From assembly GCF_030144855.1 (NCBI RefSeq), contig NC_082731.1:26846001-26910000 (forward strand): a DNA stretch of 64,000 bases, read 5' to 3'. Within the stretch, counting starts at the first letter, position 1. Every line of letters starts with the position of its first letter. Source of the stretch: Hypanus sabinus. Taxonomy: Eukaryota. The translations under genes and the position numbers were made by a program. Under the pieces are notes generated by a model. The model ran no database searches. It saw only the letters and a list, made by a program, of their open reading frames with translations, and had not been told where the DNA came from. Shown one piece after another: positions 26,990 to 37,884 of the stretch.

Positions 26990-27900
26990 AGTATCAGAAG
27001 CAGGTTTAATATCACTGACATATGTAGTGAAATTTGTTGTGTTGTGGCAGCAGTGCAGTGCAACACCTAAACATCATAAATTACAGTAAGATACATGTCT
27101 ATATAACTCATGCAAATCGAGAGCAAAAACAGGAGGTAGTGTCCATAAATTGATTCATTGCCTGTTCAGAAATGTGATGGCAGAGGGGAAGAAGCTTTTC
27201 CTGAAATGTTGAGTGTGTGTCTCCAGGCTCCTGTACCTCCTCTTTGAAGGTAGTAATAAGAAGAGAACATGTCCTGTGTGATGTGGGTCATTAATGATGG
27301 AGGTGGCTCTTTGAGGCATTGCCTTTTGAAGATGTCCTCAATGCTGGGGAAGATAGTGCCCGTGATGGAGCTGGCTGAGTTTGCAACTCTCTGCAGCTTT
27401 TTCTGATCCTGTGTAGTGGCCTGTCTGTACCAGACGGTGATGCAACTACATCAAATGCTCTCCATGGTACATCTGTAGAAATTTGCTAGAGTATTTGGTG
27501 CAACACCAAATCATCTCAAACTCCCAATGAAATTTAACCTCTAATGTTCTTTCTTTGTCATTTCATCAATAAGTTGAACCCAGGATAGATCTTCAGTGAA
27601 GTTGACAGCCAGGAATTCGAAACTGCTCACCCCTTCCACTGCTGATCCCTCAATGATACCTGGTGTGTGTTCCCCCACGTTTCCTTCCCATGGGCACAAT
27701 CAGTTCATTATTCTCACTGACACTGAGTGGAAGGTCGTCATTGAGACACCACTCAACCAGCCAATCTATCTCACTTCTGTACAACTCCTCGTCACATCTG
27801 AGATTCTGCCAACAACAGACAAATGTGAACATGGCATTTGAGCTGTGACAAACCACACAGTCATGGGTGTAGAGAGAGTAGAGTGGAGCATGTCCCATAT
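26990..27900 (-). mobile_element. Rex1/Babar-like LINE RT C-terminal fragment
   Basis: ORF 27650-27898(-) has PLYSLYTHDC, the Rex1/Babar motif preceding KFADDTT. Confidence 0.65.
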
Positions 27901-29189
27901 CTCAATTCAGAATGGGACAAAGAGGTAAGGGGAGCTAGAATGGGATAGCCAGCTGTGAGATTTTTAACTTACAGCTGTAAGCAGAAAAAGTTTTAAACAA
28001 CCTGTAATGAATACAATCCAATGGTGGGTCAAGGCAGGTACACATGAAAATACTCAGGTGTGGTGAGAAACATAAGGAGGTAAACTGCCCACAGTCACAG
28101 AGGTTGTTGTCTGGTGAGTTCGTGTTTCAAGGGAGGTCTTGTTTCTGTTGTGTCAGCTGACTGACACAGATTCCATAAGGGAATAACCAATCCCAGTGGA
28201 CAGAGAGGGAATGTGGAACGTTAACTTAGGGTGAGAGACCACTGGCAGGTTTGGGTTCTAATAAATTGTAAGGACATATTTAAGCTAAAAGTCTCAATGT
28301 GCTGCAGTTAATAGGAAAAACAGGGATACAGAGGGGCAGATATTACACTGCTATGGAGTAGAGATCTAATAGACCACATCTGGGGCACTGGGTGCGATTC
28401 TTGGCATCACCCCTCAGGAAGGATGTGTCTTTCTTGGAGAGGGGTTGGATGAGGCACAGTGAAGTGCTACTGGGAGTGGGATAGAATATTAAGTCTGGTC
28501 TCCTGTTCCCTGAAGCATGGGAGATTGGGGAGTTTAAAAATATTCAAGAATGGTGCAAAAGAATAACACAAAGAATCTGTTACTTCACGATATACAGGGC
28601 ACTGGAAATCTGGAACTCTCACCGGGAAGTGGTCAAGACTGGGGGGTGGTGAGAAGTGTCAGTCAAATTTTCAAAATGAATAGAATTTTGTTTGAGTTCA
28701 GTTATTAAAACATGTGGAGCCAAGGAGGATAAATGGAGCTCAGACATAGGTCAGCTTTAGAAGGAATAGACTGGAGGGCTGAACAACCTCCTTCTGACAC
28801 TCAGTGCATGGGATAAATTTGAACATAGTCTCTGTGTGCAGCTGTTGATTTACCAGAAACACATTTTATATTTTCATTCTTGACAGGTGGATGAAACTGA
28901 GCAGTGATATAGGGGATATTTCCTTCTCAGCTTCCTGTAGGAGCTGTGGTTTGACTTAATCTGAACAGGGGGCCTTCCAGAGGAAATAGGCTTACTAAAA
29001 AGAATAAGCTTGCTGCTCAAGGCATGGAAATACTTTTTTGATTAAGGGACCAATACCAATAAACAATTCCTGTATTTCTGAAAAGAGGATTGACTAATGG
29101 GTCTGGGAGTCTGAAGGGAGAATGGGTCCATGCAAGTATGGAGACATCTGTCCTCTGGGAAGTAACTGTACAATGTACTCTGTATGCTG

Positions 29190-29345
29190 TGCTTTTTCTT
29201 CCTCGTGACTTCTTCCAGATCAACTTTCAGGTTTTGCACTTCATTTGAACTGTTGATGGTCATCTTCAGGTTCCCTTCAAGCTTCCGCTTCCCTCTTCTG
29301 AGATTTGTCACTCTCTTCAATCTCTCAGCCTTCATTTCAAACACT
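29190..29345 (-). pseudogene. Isolated sarcomeric myosin heavy-chain rod-like exon fragment
   Basis: ORF 29042-29344(-) has [35 protein letters not shown], similar to the recalled myosin rod ERAKRKLEGDLKL...LEEKLKK. No adjacent myosin exons were recognised. Confidence 0.45.
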
Positions 29346-30289
29346 TTAACTCTGTAGTTCTCAGCCGATCACTTTAAAGTGTATTTCATAATGGTATTCG
29401 GTGTGAGTTTGATACTGTGTGTGTGCGCGGGGCATAAACTTCATTCCCACAGCACCTGTGTGTATGGGAGGTGGTGTTGGTGTGTGGCTGGATCTCCTTT
29501 TCCCCTAGACATATACCAGCCTGTTGGGTAAGTGTTACATCACAATATAAAGCGGACTTGAACCAAACTTAAATATTGGATTCTATGGTAAGAAAACAGT
29601 GATTGGCTCAGATTGAAGGTGTAGCTTATTTACACTGTAAGCAGGAAATTTGTGCTTAGGCCCAATGCCATTATGCTGATGGTTCCAACTAAACTGCTCC
29701 TGTACAGATACAACACGGACATTTGCACAAGAATGGGAAAAATTGTCCAGTATGACCATTATCAAAATACAGAACAAATCTAATTAGACAATCATGGCCT
29801 AATTCATCCACACAATCTTCTGTAAAGTGATGGAAGCCATAGTCAGCAGTATTGGAAAGTGACAGTTACTCACCAAATAATCTAATCACCAGTGACAAGT
29901 TTAGGTTTTGCTGGGACCACTTGGTTCTTCACTGATCAATCTTGTTGTCCTATCTGTTGCTATCAATTCCTCTGGCAACACATTCCAGATGCCAACCCTA
30001 ATTTTGCCTCATAAATCTCATTTATACTTTTCCCCTCTCATCTGAAACCTCTGCCCTCTGGCATTTGATGTTTCTACTCTAAAAAAAGTCTGTGATTATC
30101 TATGCTTCTGATAAATTTACATACTTCTGTCCGTCCATCCCACAGACCCCAACGCTCCAGAAAAACAGTCTAAGTTTACCCCACCTCTCCTTCCACCTAA
30201 TATGCTCCAATCCAAACAACACTTGACCAAATCCACTCTCAACCTTCTCCAAAGCATCCACATCATTCCTGTAATGCAATGACTAGATG

Positions 30290-32870
30290 CTGGAAACGTG
30301 AAATACAAACTCAAGATAAGCTGGACAATTTTGGAAGGGATCCTGTATGATCTGAGAATTCAGCAGAGGCTCTCCCCGTGGATGCTATCAAAAGCCTTTC
30401 TAAAGTCCATGAAAGTTATGTATAGTTGTCTCTGCCACTCTGTGCACTGCTCTATGATGTTACACAGTATGAAGATCTGGTTGACAGAGCCTCTATTCCT
30501 CCTGAAGCCAACTTGCTCCTTCTTCAAACAAACATCTACAGCATCTGTAATCCACTGAACAATGATTTTGGTGAGAAAAAAGTGTGATGCCACACCAGTT
30601 GTTGCAATTACTTAGTGCTCCTTTCTTGGGCAACCTTGCTCCCTTTGTCCAGTCCGTGGGCACTTGTCACCATTCCCAGATTATAGTAAACAGTGGTTAC
30701 AGGATAACTGCTGCAACCTTTGGTTCAGCTTTTGAACATTTTGTCTTTCAAATTGTCATGTTCTGGAGCTTTGCTGTTTTAATGATTTAATCACAGTAAC
30801 AATCTCTTCTTTCCTGGGTGGATCTGCATTGATGTCAAGCTCCTCTGCGTCTACTCAGTAAATCTCTGAAATACCCTGTCCATCGTGCTTCATGCTCTTG
30901 TCAAAAGAACAGCGTTCTTACCTCTCATGGGGCTACTGTATCTGGCTTGGAACTTTCTGCATACCAATTTTGAAATCTTGTATATATTTTCCTGATCATG
31001 TTGACACGTTGCTGCTGTGTCCACCACTGCAAGGTCTTCTATGTAGACTCCCTTATCCATTCTTAGAAGCTCTTCACTTTCTTGCTAGCTTCAGTGAATG
31101 CTATTTGAAGTTTCACCTTAATTCGTGTTGACTTTGCATTGAATACATTCTCCCTAATTTTAGATCTTTCTTCTAAGGCTATCTATGTTTCCAGCTGTAT
31201 CCATTCTGTTTTTCTTTCCAGCTCTGTAATGTAGACAAGCCTCAGTGATCTCCTTGAACACTGACACAATTTGTTTCCACACTGTGTTGATCTTGTCTAC
31301 TGACACATCCTCATCAAGGCCTGAAATCTGTTCTTTAAGTTGAATGATGATGGCAGATCTCACACTGGTGTCCTCGATCTTCTCAACATCAAAACATCTT
31401 TGTACATGTGCTCTGGTCCCAGTGCTTCTCATCTTGAGTTTTATCATGGTTACAGCAAGGTGGTGATTACTTCCTGCATCTGCTTCTCTCTTCACCTTTA
31501 CACCCTGCAAGGATTGTCTCCATGTACCATTGATCATTAAATGGTCAGTCTGAATCTTGTCACTTCTATTGGGTGAGCACCATGTCAGTTTGTGGATTTC
31601 ATGGTGTGGAAAGAGGGTCCCTCCTGTGGCCGGATTGTTCATGGCACAGAATTCCACCAGTCTTTCACCGTTGTTATTCATTGTTCTACATCCTTATGTA
31701 TCCATGACCCTGGTAAAGTGTGAGCTGTATTTTCCACTTTGCCATTTAGATCTCCCATGATAATGATTATGTCATGACATGGTGTTAACTCAATCTCTGC
31801 TGTTTGTAAAAGGTGTCCTTTTCTTCAATGTCACTCTTGTTATTTGGAGTATAGCACTGGATCACAGTCATTTTCACTTCCTTCACTCTCAGCCTGACTC
31901 TCACCAGCCGACTGTTGATTGTTTACTCCAGCGGGCACTTCTCAATGCCTTTCTTCAAAATGACAGCTACACCATCATGACGCTGACCATCTTCCCTTCC
32001 TGAATATAAAACTGTTTCACCAGTTGGTGGCTTTAGTCTGCCAGACCCTGTCCATCTGCTTTCACTGACACCAGTGTGTGTTGGCTGTAAGGACACATTA
32101 CTGTGGGTATTTGTGTGAGCTTGCCAGTGTTGTACATGGTATGTACATTCCAAATAAACATTTTTGGTCTTGGATTTTGTGAAGTTCATGGCTCCCTTCA
32201 CCATGGCAGTAGCTTTCTGTCAGTTTTCACTACCGTCAACCGTGCAAGTCCTGGGTGGTGACTGGGGAATACCATCGCACTCAGATGTAGAAGGATCCTT
32301 CATTGCTGTTTCTGTAACTGTGATGCAGTCAGTGATGAGGATGGTTTGGACCCAAATGCTGGAGAATCCGAAGCAAAGATCAAGACACGGAGTTAAACTG
32401 GATCGAGAACTGAGTACAAAACAAATGATAGATGATATCACCAGTAGGGATTATGAGTGAGCACCAAACATCAGTTCAGGTGTCCTTTAAATACTCAATT
32501 CTCAGTGCCCAAAACTTGATTGCCAATTAGCGGGATCATCCTGAACCTTAAAGGGACTGCAACCAGCTATCCATACTCCTGAGAGTCCAAGTGTCTAAAT
32601 CCTGGAAGCTGGCACTGTTGGGAGCATCTCGAAACAATAACAATTTTTCTTTTTGACTAGTCAGGTTCACTAAACCTGACCTGAAACTCTGAACCTGGAG
32701 GAACACTGGACCACTCTTAGTATCACCTCTGCTCTTTGACCTGTTTGGCATGGGTGACCCTGCCAAGGCACTGACTGAAGCCAACACAGATCTCTGGGTC
32801 ACTGAGGCACTCAAGACTCCAAACCCTACATCAAGGTTGTGGAATTCTTGAAGGAAAAAGAAACATCATT
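30290..32870 (-). mobile_element. RTE-clade LINE, truncated/decayed (endonuclease and N-terminal RT)
   Basis: Minus-strand ORFs contain NNNGERLVEFCAMN...HKLTWCSP...SNHHL (AP endonuclease) and QVGFRRNRG...QIFIL...FMDFRKAFDS (RT). Confidence 0.85.
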
Positions 32871-33793
32871 TTGGTTGGTGCCATGGTGGGGTTGTTGTTT
32901 CAGATGGACATAAAATATTTGGAAAGTTCTCCACTATCTGTCCCAAAATTGATCCTTCAACCAGCATCACAGAAAGTCAGTTCTCTTTATACATCAATGC
33001 TGTTTCAGAAAGGTTGCTCTGTGTAATTCAGGTTCCACCTTCCCTTTGGGACAACAGAGACTCTACTTCGAAAGGCACTTCATTGAGTGCAGAAACTGCT
33101 CTGGTTTGCCACGGAGTCATGAAAGCTGCTGAGTGGTGACAAATCATCCCGAGAGGGGGGAGCTTTGGTTTGATTAGTAATTCAGTCAGTGCAGTTTATA
33201 CTTTACTGAGGATGCAGGATTTGGGACACTCAGTATTCCCGTCACCAAGATGGGTAAACAGAATTAGCCACCTTGCTAATCTGCACCTTGGATGCATTCC
33301 CCTCCCCGTCAGTTTCCTTTCAATACAGATCGCTCTGCATCGCTTGTCTGACAACCTACTGGGGAGCATCCTGTTACTAGCAACAATGACTTCTGTTGTG
33401 TGGCTTCCACTCCTGAGTTCCCTGCAGGGCTTGGCACTGAAATTCATGGTAGCAGGTCCCTGAAAAAGTAACGTCTTAAAAGTGTAAATTCAACCCACTT
33501 CTACCAGGAATCTCGGTTTAACATTGATTCTTGTGGTGTGGCTGCAGTCAGAAGATTGCGTGGTAATTTTTTTTGTAGCTTAATACATTTTCCTGCAAAG
33601 ACAGTCTCAGACTGTGCCTCTATGGAGAATATCTGCCCACTGACTGGTGTCTTTCAGTCCCTGTCGCTGGGATTCTGAGTGTTTCAGTTTACACAAATTG
33701 TTCATCGCTGAAACTGATGAATCGAGCAGAGTGTGACAGATCTTTAATCCTGATCTGGTCACTGCCGCCTGTTGCAGAGACAAACATCTTTTG

Positions 33794-33911
33794 GGGAATT
33801 GAAATCACTGGTGTGGGCGGGAACAGGAAGCTGCGCCTCTGGTTTCAGTGTGTGAGAGCCTGTTCAAACCGCGGCTCCCTCTCTCACTCACAGCCCACGT
33901 CCCTATTTAAA
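33794..33911 (+). promoter_or_regulatory. Putative VH promoter: EICE-like GGAATTGAAA (33795-33804), GC box GGGCGG (33815-33820), ETS CAGGAAG (33824-33830), TATA-like TATTTAAA (33904-33911); no octamer
   Basis: Motifs read directly, 90-205 bp upstream of the leader ATG. Confidence 0.6.
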
Positions 33912-33999
33912 CAGCGCTCACTGCGGCTCCGGACAAAGCCGGCCTGAGCTGAAGCCGCCGATCTCAACAGTGTCCAAGTCCGGCTCAGTGTTCAGGGCG

Positions 34000-34045
34000 A
34001 TGGAGGTCGTTCCTTATCTCTGTCTCCTCCTGTCTTGTCTGGCAG
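34000..34045 (+). CDS. IGHV: IgH V leader exon (MEVVPYLCLLLSCLA/G)
   Basis: ATG plus hydrophobic signal peptide, 46 nt, phase-1 donor GTGGGT; 111-bp intron to the V exon. Confidence 0.95.
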
Positions 34046-34156
34046 GTGGGTGTCCCGCGGCTTGTCGCCCATCCGGGACCGGCTGTTTCTCGGACGCTTT
34101 GTGAACCTCTGCCCGTGAAACATTTTTATTAATTTCTGCTCTTTTTTTATTGACAG

Positions 34157-34457
34157 GTGTGCGGTCCGACATCGTGCTGACACAGCCCGAGTCAGCGGTG
34201 GCAAAGCCCGGACAGTCCCACAGACTGTCCTGTGAGGTCAGAGGGTTTGATATCAGCAGCTACTACATGAGCTGGGTGAAACAGGTCCCCGGGAAAGGGC
34301 TGGAGTGGCTGGTAGCCTATAGGTCAGAAAGTTACACCAAGTATTACGCGCCTGGAGTCCAGAGCCGGTTCACCGCTTCCAAGGACAGCAGCAAATTTTA
34401 TCTGCAAATGACCAGCCTGAAACTGGACGACACGGCCACCTATTACTGTGCGAGAGA
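34157..34457 (+). CDS. IGHV: Immunoglobulin heavy-chain V segment (germline, unrearranged, open)
   Basis: Acceptor TGACAG; [13 protein letters not shown]...LSC...[14 protein letters not shown]...DTATYYCAR, with both Cys and Trp conserved. Confidence 0.99.
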
Positions 34458-34496
34458 CACAGTGAGAGAGACCGGGACTGGACCGGGACAAAAACC
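34458..34496 (+). other. V 23-RSS (CACAGTG-23-ACAAAAACC, perfect consensus)
   Basis: Heptamer 34458-34464, spacer 34465-34487, nonamer 34488-34496. Confidence 0.99.
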
Positions 34497-34866
34497 TAGC
34501 GAGAGCGCCTGCCCTTCGGGCGCCGAGGGAAAGGGCAGCAGTGATCGCCACAGCCGTATCCCGGTCGTTCTGGGCCACATCCGCTCGTCCACGCAATGGA
34601 AGGCGGGTTGTCAGCGGGGATTTCCGAGAAGAGATGCTGGATGGATGGGCCGAGGGGCTCAGCGGATCACTTCGGAGGGCAGCTCGGAGCCAAGCGCCGT
34701 GAGTGGGAATGGGGTCACCGATCGACCTGGTCAGGTGTCGGTCCTTCGTCCACACGTGACAGTAAATGGTCGGGCCATGAGGAACATTAATGATCAGAGA
34801 CACTTTGGTGTTCCAGTGCGGTTTGACTGAGGAGTGACTGTGCTGGGAGACAGTGAGAGGGGCGGA

Positions 34867-34947
34867 GGTTATCGTACGGCGGTGTATCACTGTGACTATA
34901 CTGGGTGGCACAGTGTGAGAGATGGCGGCTCCCTCCATACCCAAACC
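34867..34947 (+). other. D1 segment ACTATACTGGGTGG (34895-34908) with 5' 12-RSS and 3' 23-RSS
   Basis: GGTTATCGT-12-CACTGTG / CACAGTG-23-ACCCAAACC; all three forward frames are open (TILG, LYWV, YTGW). Confidence 0.95.
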
Positions 34948-35282
34948 TACCGCAACAAAACTCTTTAAATTGCGCTCTTCGGGCTCCTCCACCGGCCTTT
35001 ACCCCGGGATCCGTGAATATCAATCAGATCCCGCGTGGATAATCTGGGAGTGGGAACAAGTTCCACTGGAGAAGTGTCTGGAAGGGAACGGGACCACCGA
35101 CGAGGAGCTGTCAGTGGAAGCCCAGTGAAAGGTCCCGGGGGGTTATATCATCTCCACTTCAGGACTGGGATGGCCGGGATTGAGACCCGCTGTGTGGGAC
35201 ATCCGGACACAGAGGGAGGGTTTAATAAATCCGCCGGCCGGCTCTGGGATCCACAGGATTTCGGGCCGGATGTGATGAAGGC

Positions 35283-35347
35283 GGTTTGTGACCTGCGGTG
35301 AAGCACTGTGACTATGGAGCACGGTGACGGGGAGCTGAACAGAAACT
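35283..35347 (+). other. D2 segment ACTATGGAG (35311-35319) with 12-RSS on both sides
   Basis: GGTTTGTGA-12-CACTGTG / CACGGTG-12-ACAGAAACT. Confidence 0.95.
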
Positions 35348-35682
35348 GGTCCCGACAAAGGAGCGTCTGCAGCGCAGTCTGTCTCCATGGATTCCGCATT
35401 GCTGCTTCCCAGAGTGAAATCCCCGAAGCCTGACTCGGACTGCTGGGCGCAAATATCCATTTCCGGACAATTAAAAGCCTAAAAAGATTCGACTCTGATT
35501 CTGGGTGATGGTGGGAGCTGTTGACCGCAAACAGGGAAACTGTGAAAATGCCTGTTTTATTGACACGCCAGGAAGAGACAAGGACGGGGTTTGGGATGGA
35601 AATCCAGGAAGCGGCTGCTCCCGGTCCGGACAGGGATCATGTTGACATTTTGCTGAGATTATTGGATGTGACGGGCAAGTGA

Positions 35683-35721
35683 AGTTACTGCACTGGGTGA
35701 AAGGGGAGACGGAGCACTGTG
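35683..35721 (-). other. J 23-RSS with consensus heptamer and weak nonamer
   Basis: On the + strand AGTTACTGC-23-CACTGTG; the nonamer matches GGTTTTTGT at 5/9 positions. Confidence 0.85.
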
Positions 35722-35769
35722 ACTATCTTGACTACTGGGGCGGAGGAACCTCGCTGACAGTGACTTCAG
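35722..35769 (+). CDS. IGHJ: IgH J segment (YLDYWGGGTSLTVTS)
   Basis: WGxG motif; phase-1 donor GTAAGA at 35770. Confidence 0.99.
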
Positions 35770-37884
35770 GTAAGACCAACTTCTCAATTGTATCTTCACG
35801 CACTAGAATTTTATTTATTTATGGTTTTGGCGAATTCGGTGATTCATCTGAAATCAGTGAGATATTTAGAGCAAGTACATGTATCTCCCCGAACCGGCGG
35901 GTTTCTCTAGAGCCCAGTAACAGTACAAGGGTACATCCCCCACCCCACCAGTGAACTGTCCACAGACCGGGAACAGGCTCAGGGGAATGGGGTCGGTTCT
36001 TGGCACCAGACTGTGCCTTGACACCGGCCGGTTGTGCTGAGTGAGCTCAGTGTTTGGTTCAAGTCTGGCTTCTGATCCTCAGCACCAACTGAAGCCACGT
36101 TCAGGAGCTGAGCGTTTGAACTCGCTCCCTGTCAGTGACAACAATGGATCTGTTCCGTGTCAGGTTATTGGGATCGGGTTTTATTGTCGGCTGCTTTCAT
36201 GTTGAAGGTAATGGGATTGAGACGTAATCTGAGGGAATGGTTACACATGTATGATCTGGTTGATGGCTCAATATCCACAGGGTACAGGTGGGTGTCAGTC
36301 CCATCATGTAATGTCCGGCGTGAGGTCCGTCCCGGGATACAGCAAAAGTATCGGCGATATCCCAGGATTAATTGATGGGATTAAGGTTTTAGTTTTATTC
36401 CCCGATGGGTGAGGAGGTGGGCTACGGGGGGGGGGGGAGAATCTTGGAGTGAGAAGGCAGTGGGGAAGTGGTGCAGGAGGGTAAGGCAGGGAATTGAAAT
36501 CACAATTCCTTCACACATTCCAGACAGCCTTGCACTGGTGGGTGGGAGAGGGGGGAGTGGGGAGTGGTGCAGGTGGGGTGGGGAGGGAAGCGTTCAAGTC
36601 AATAATGTGTAATAGGGGAGCATTTAAGGGAAGGTTTGTTGATGAATGTTTGTGATCTGGAACACACTGCCTGAATGATGGTGGTGGCCAATAGTGAGTG
36701 TAGAGAGGGGACAGGAGGAGATCCGCCTTTTGTAGGGATACAGGGAAGAGCAGAGAGACCAATGGGTTTACTGGGTTTGCTCAGCTAAAGGGAAGCACAG
36801 ACACTATCGAATGAATGGCCTCACTCTCTGCTCTGTCATTCAATGGAATCAGTATTTATCTTGTAAATCTGGGAAATTCTTCCGCAAAAGGATTCCAACA
36901 ATCACCCCAGAGGACACAGAGCATGAGTTAAATGCAGATTACAGCTCTCATGTCCTGTCCTGGCAGCCACGGATTAAATAGAAAGATCCCTCTGCACTGC
37001 CCCATCCCTCCCAGGGCGGAGGCAGCAGAGGTTAGACACAGAGTGAACCTTCCCCCAACCTGTCCCATCACACGCTCACGGGACGCGAGTTGAACTTCAC
37101 TGTTCAAATGAACTGCTTATTCTCAGTTCACAGACAGAGCAAATGCTCTAATTTCTTGCCCTTCTCCATCCCTCGACTGGGTTTGCTTCAGAAAAGGTTT
37201 CCCACGTTAACCAGTGTTGCTGGTGATTCAGTAAAAGTGGTTGCGAGATAAAGTGCTGACATTTACAGACACCTTTCATGGTGTCCCCGAGCTCTTCACA
37301 GGCAATGAAGTAGTTTCAAAGTCCAGCCCTGTTGTAGAGTCGGGAATGTGGAGCCACTCTGCACACAGCAGAATCCACAAACTGCAAGGGGAGAACGATC
37401 AGACAGTCTGTTCTGGTAATGTTATTGAAGGAGAAATATTGTCCAGGACACCGTGGACACAGTGATCCAATGGACAGGCACAAGGTTGGAATTGGAGTGA
37501 TGACTTAGTTCACCATAATCTACAGCAGATTTGGATCTGTGGTCAGATTTTCAACATCTTAATAATTGGTATTATTTTTAAATCTAGTCATTAGTAATGA
37601 TGACCCTTCAGTTTTACTGATGCCCCTCGGGCATCAATGTGTTTGTCTCCAAATGCCCTCTGAATGGCAGTTCAAGTGCGTAATTTATTCAGACTTTACC
37701 GGCAAAGCCCAGATCCCAAAGGATGAATAAATAAAATTCCCATCTGTTGTTCATACTACCCGATGTTCTATCAATTTACTACAATACAGACTAAAATCAG
37801 ACGGCCTACCCCGATCTATTGATTCAACATCAATCATTTTGTACAAATACTCAAGTGTCATTAATTGAAAATTTCTTCTGAGCT

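Noticed and set aside
33900-35800. Germline-joined or single-domain (IgNAR-like) V gene
   Set aside because: V, D1, D2 and J are separate with RSSs, the V has CDR2 and light-chain contact residues, and CH1 is present.
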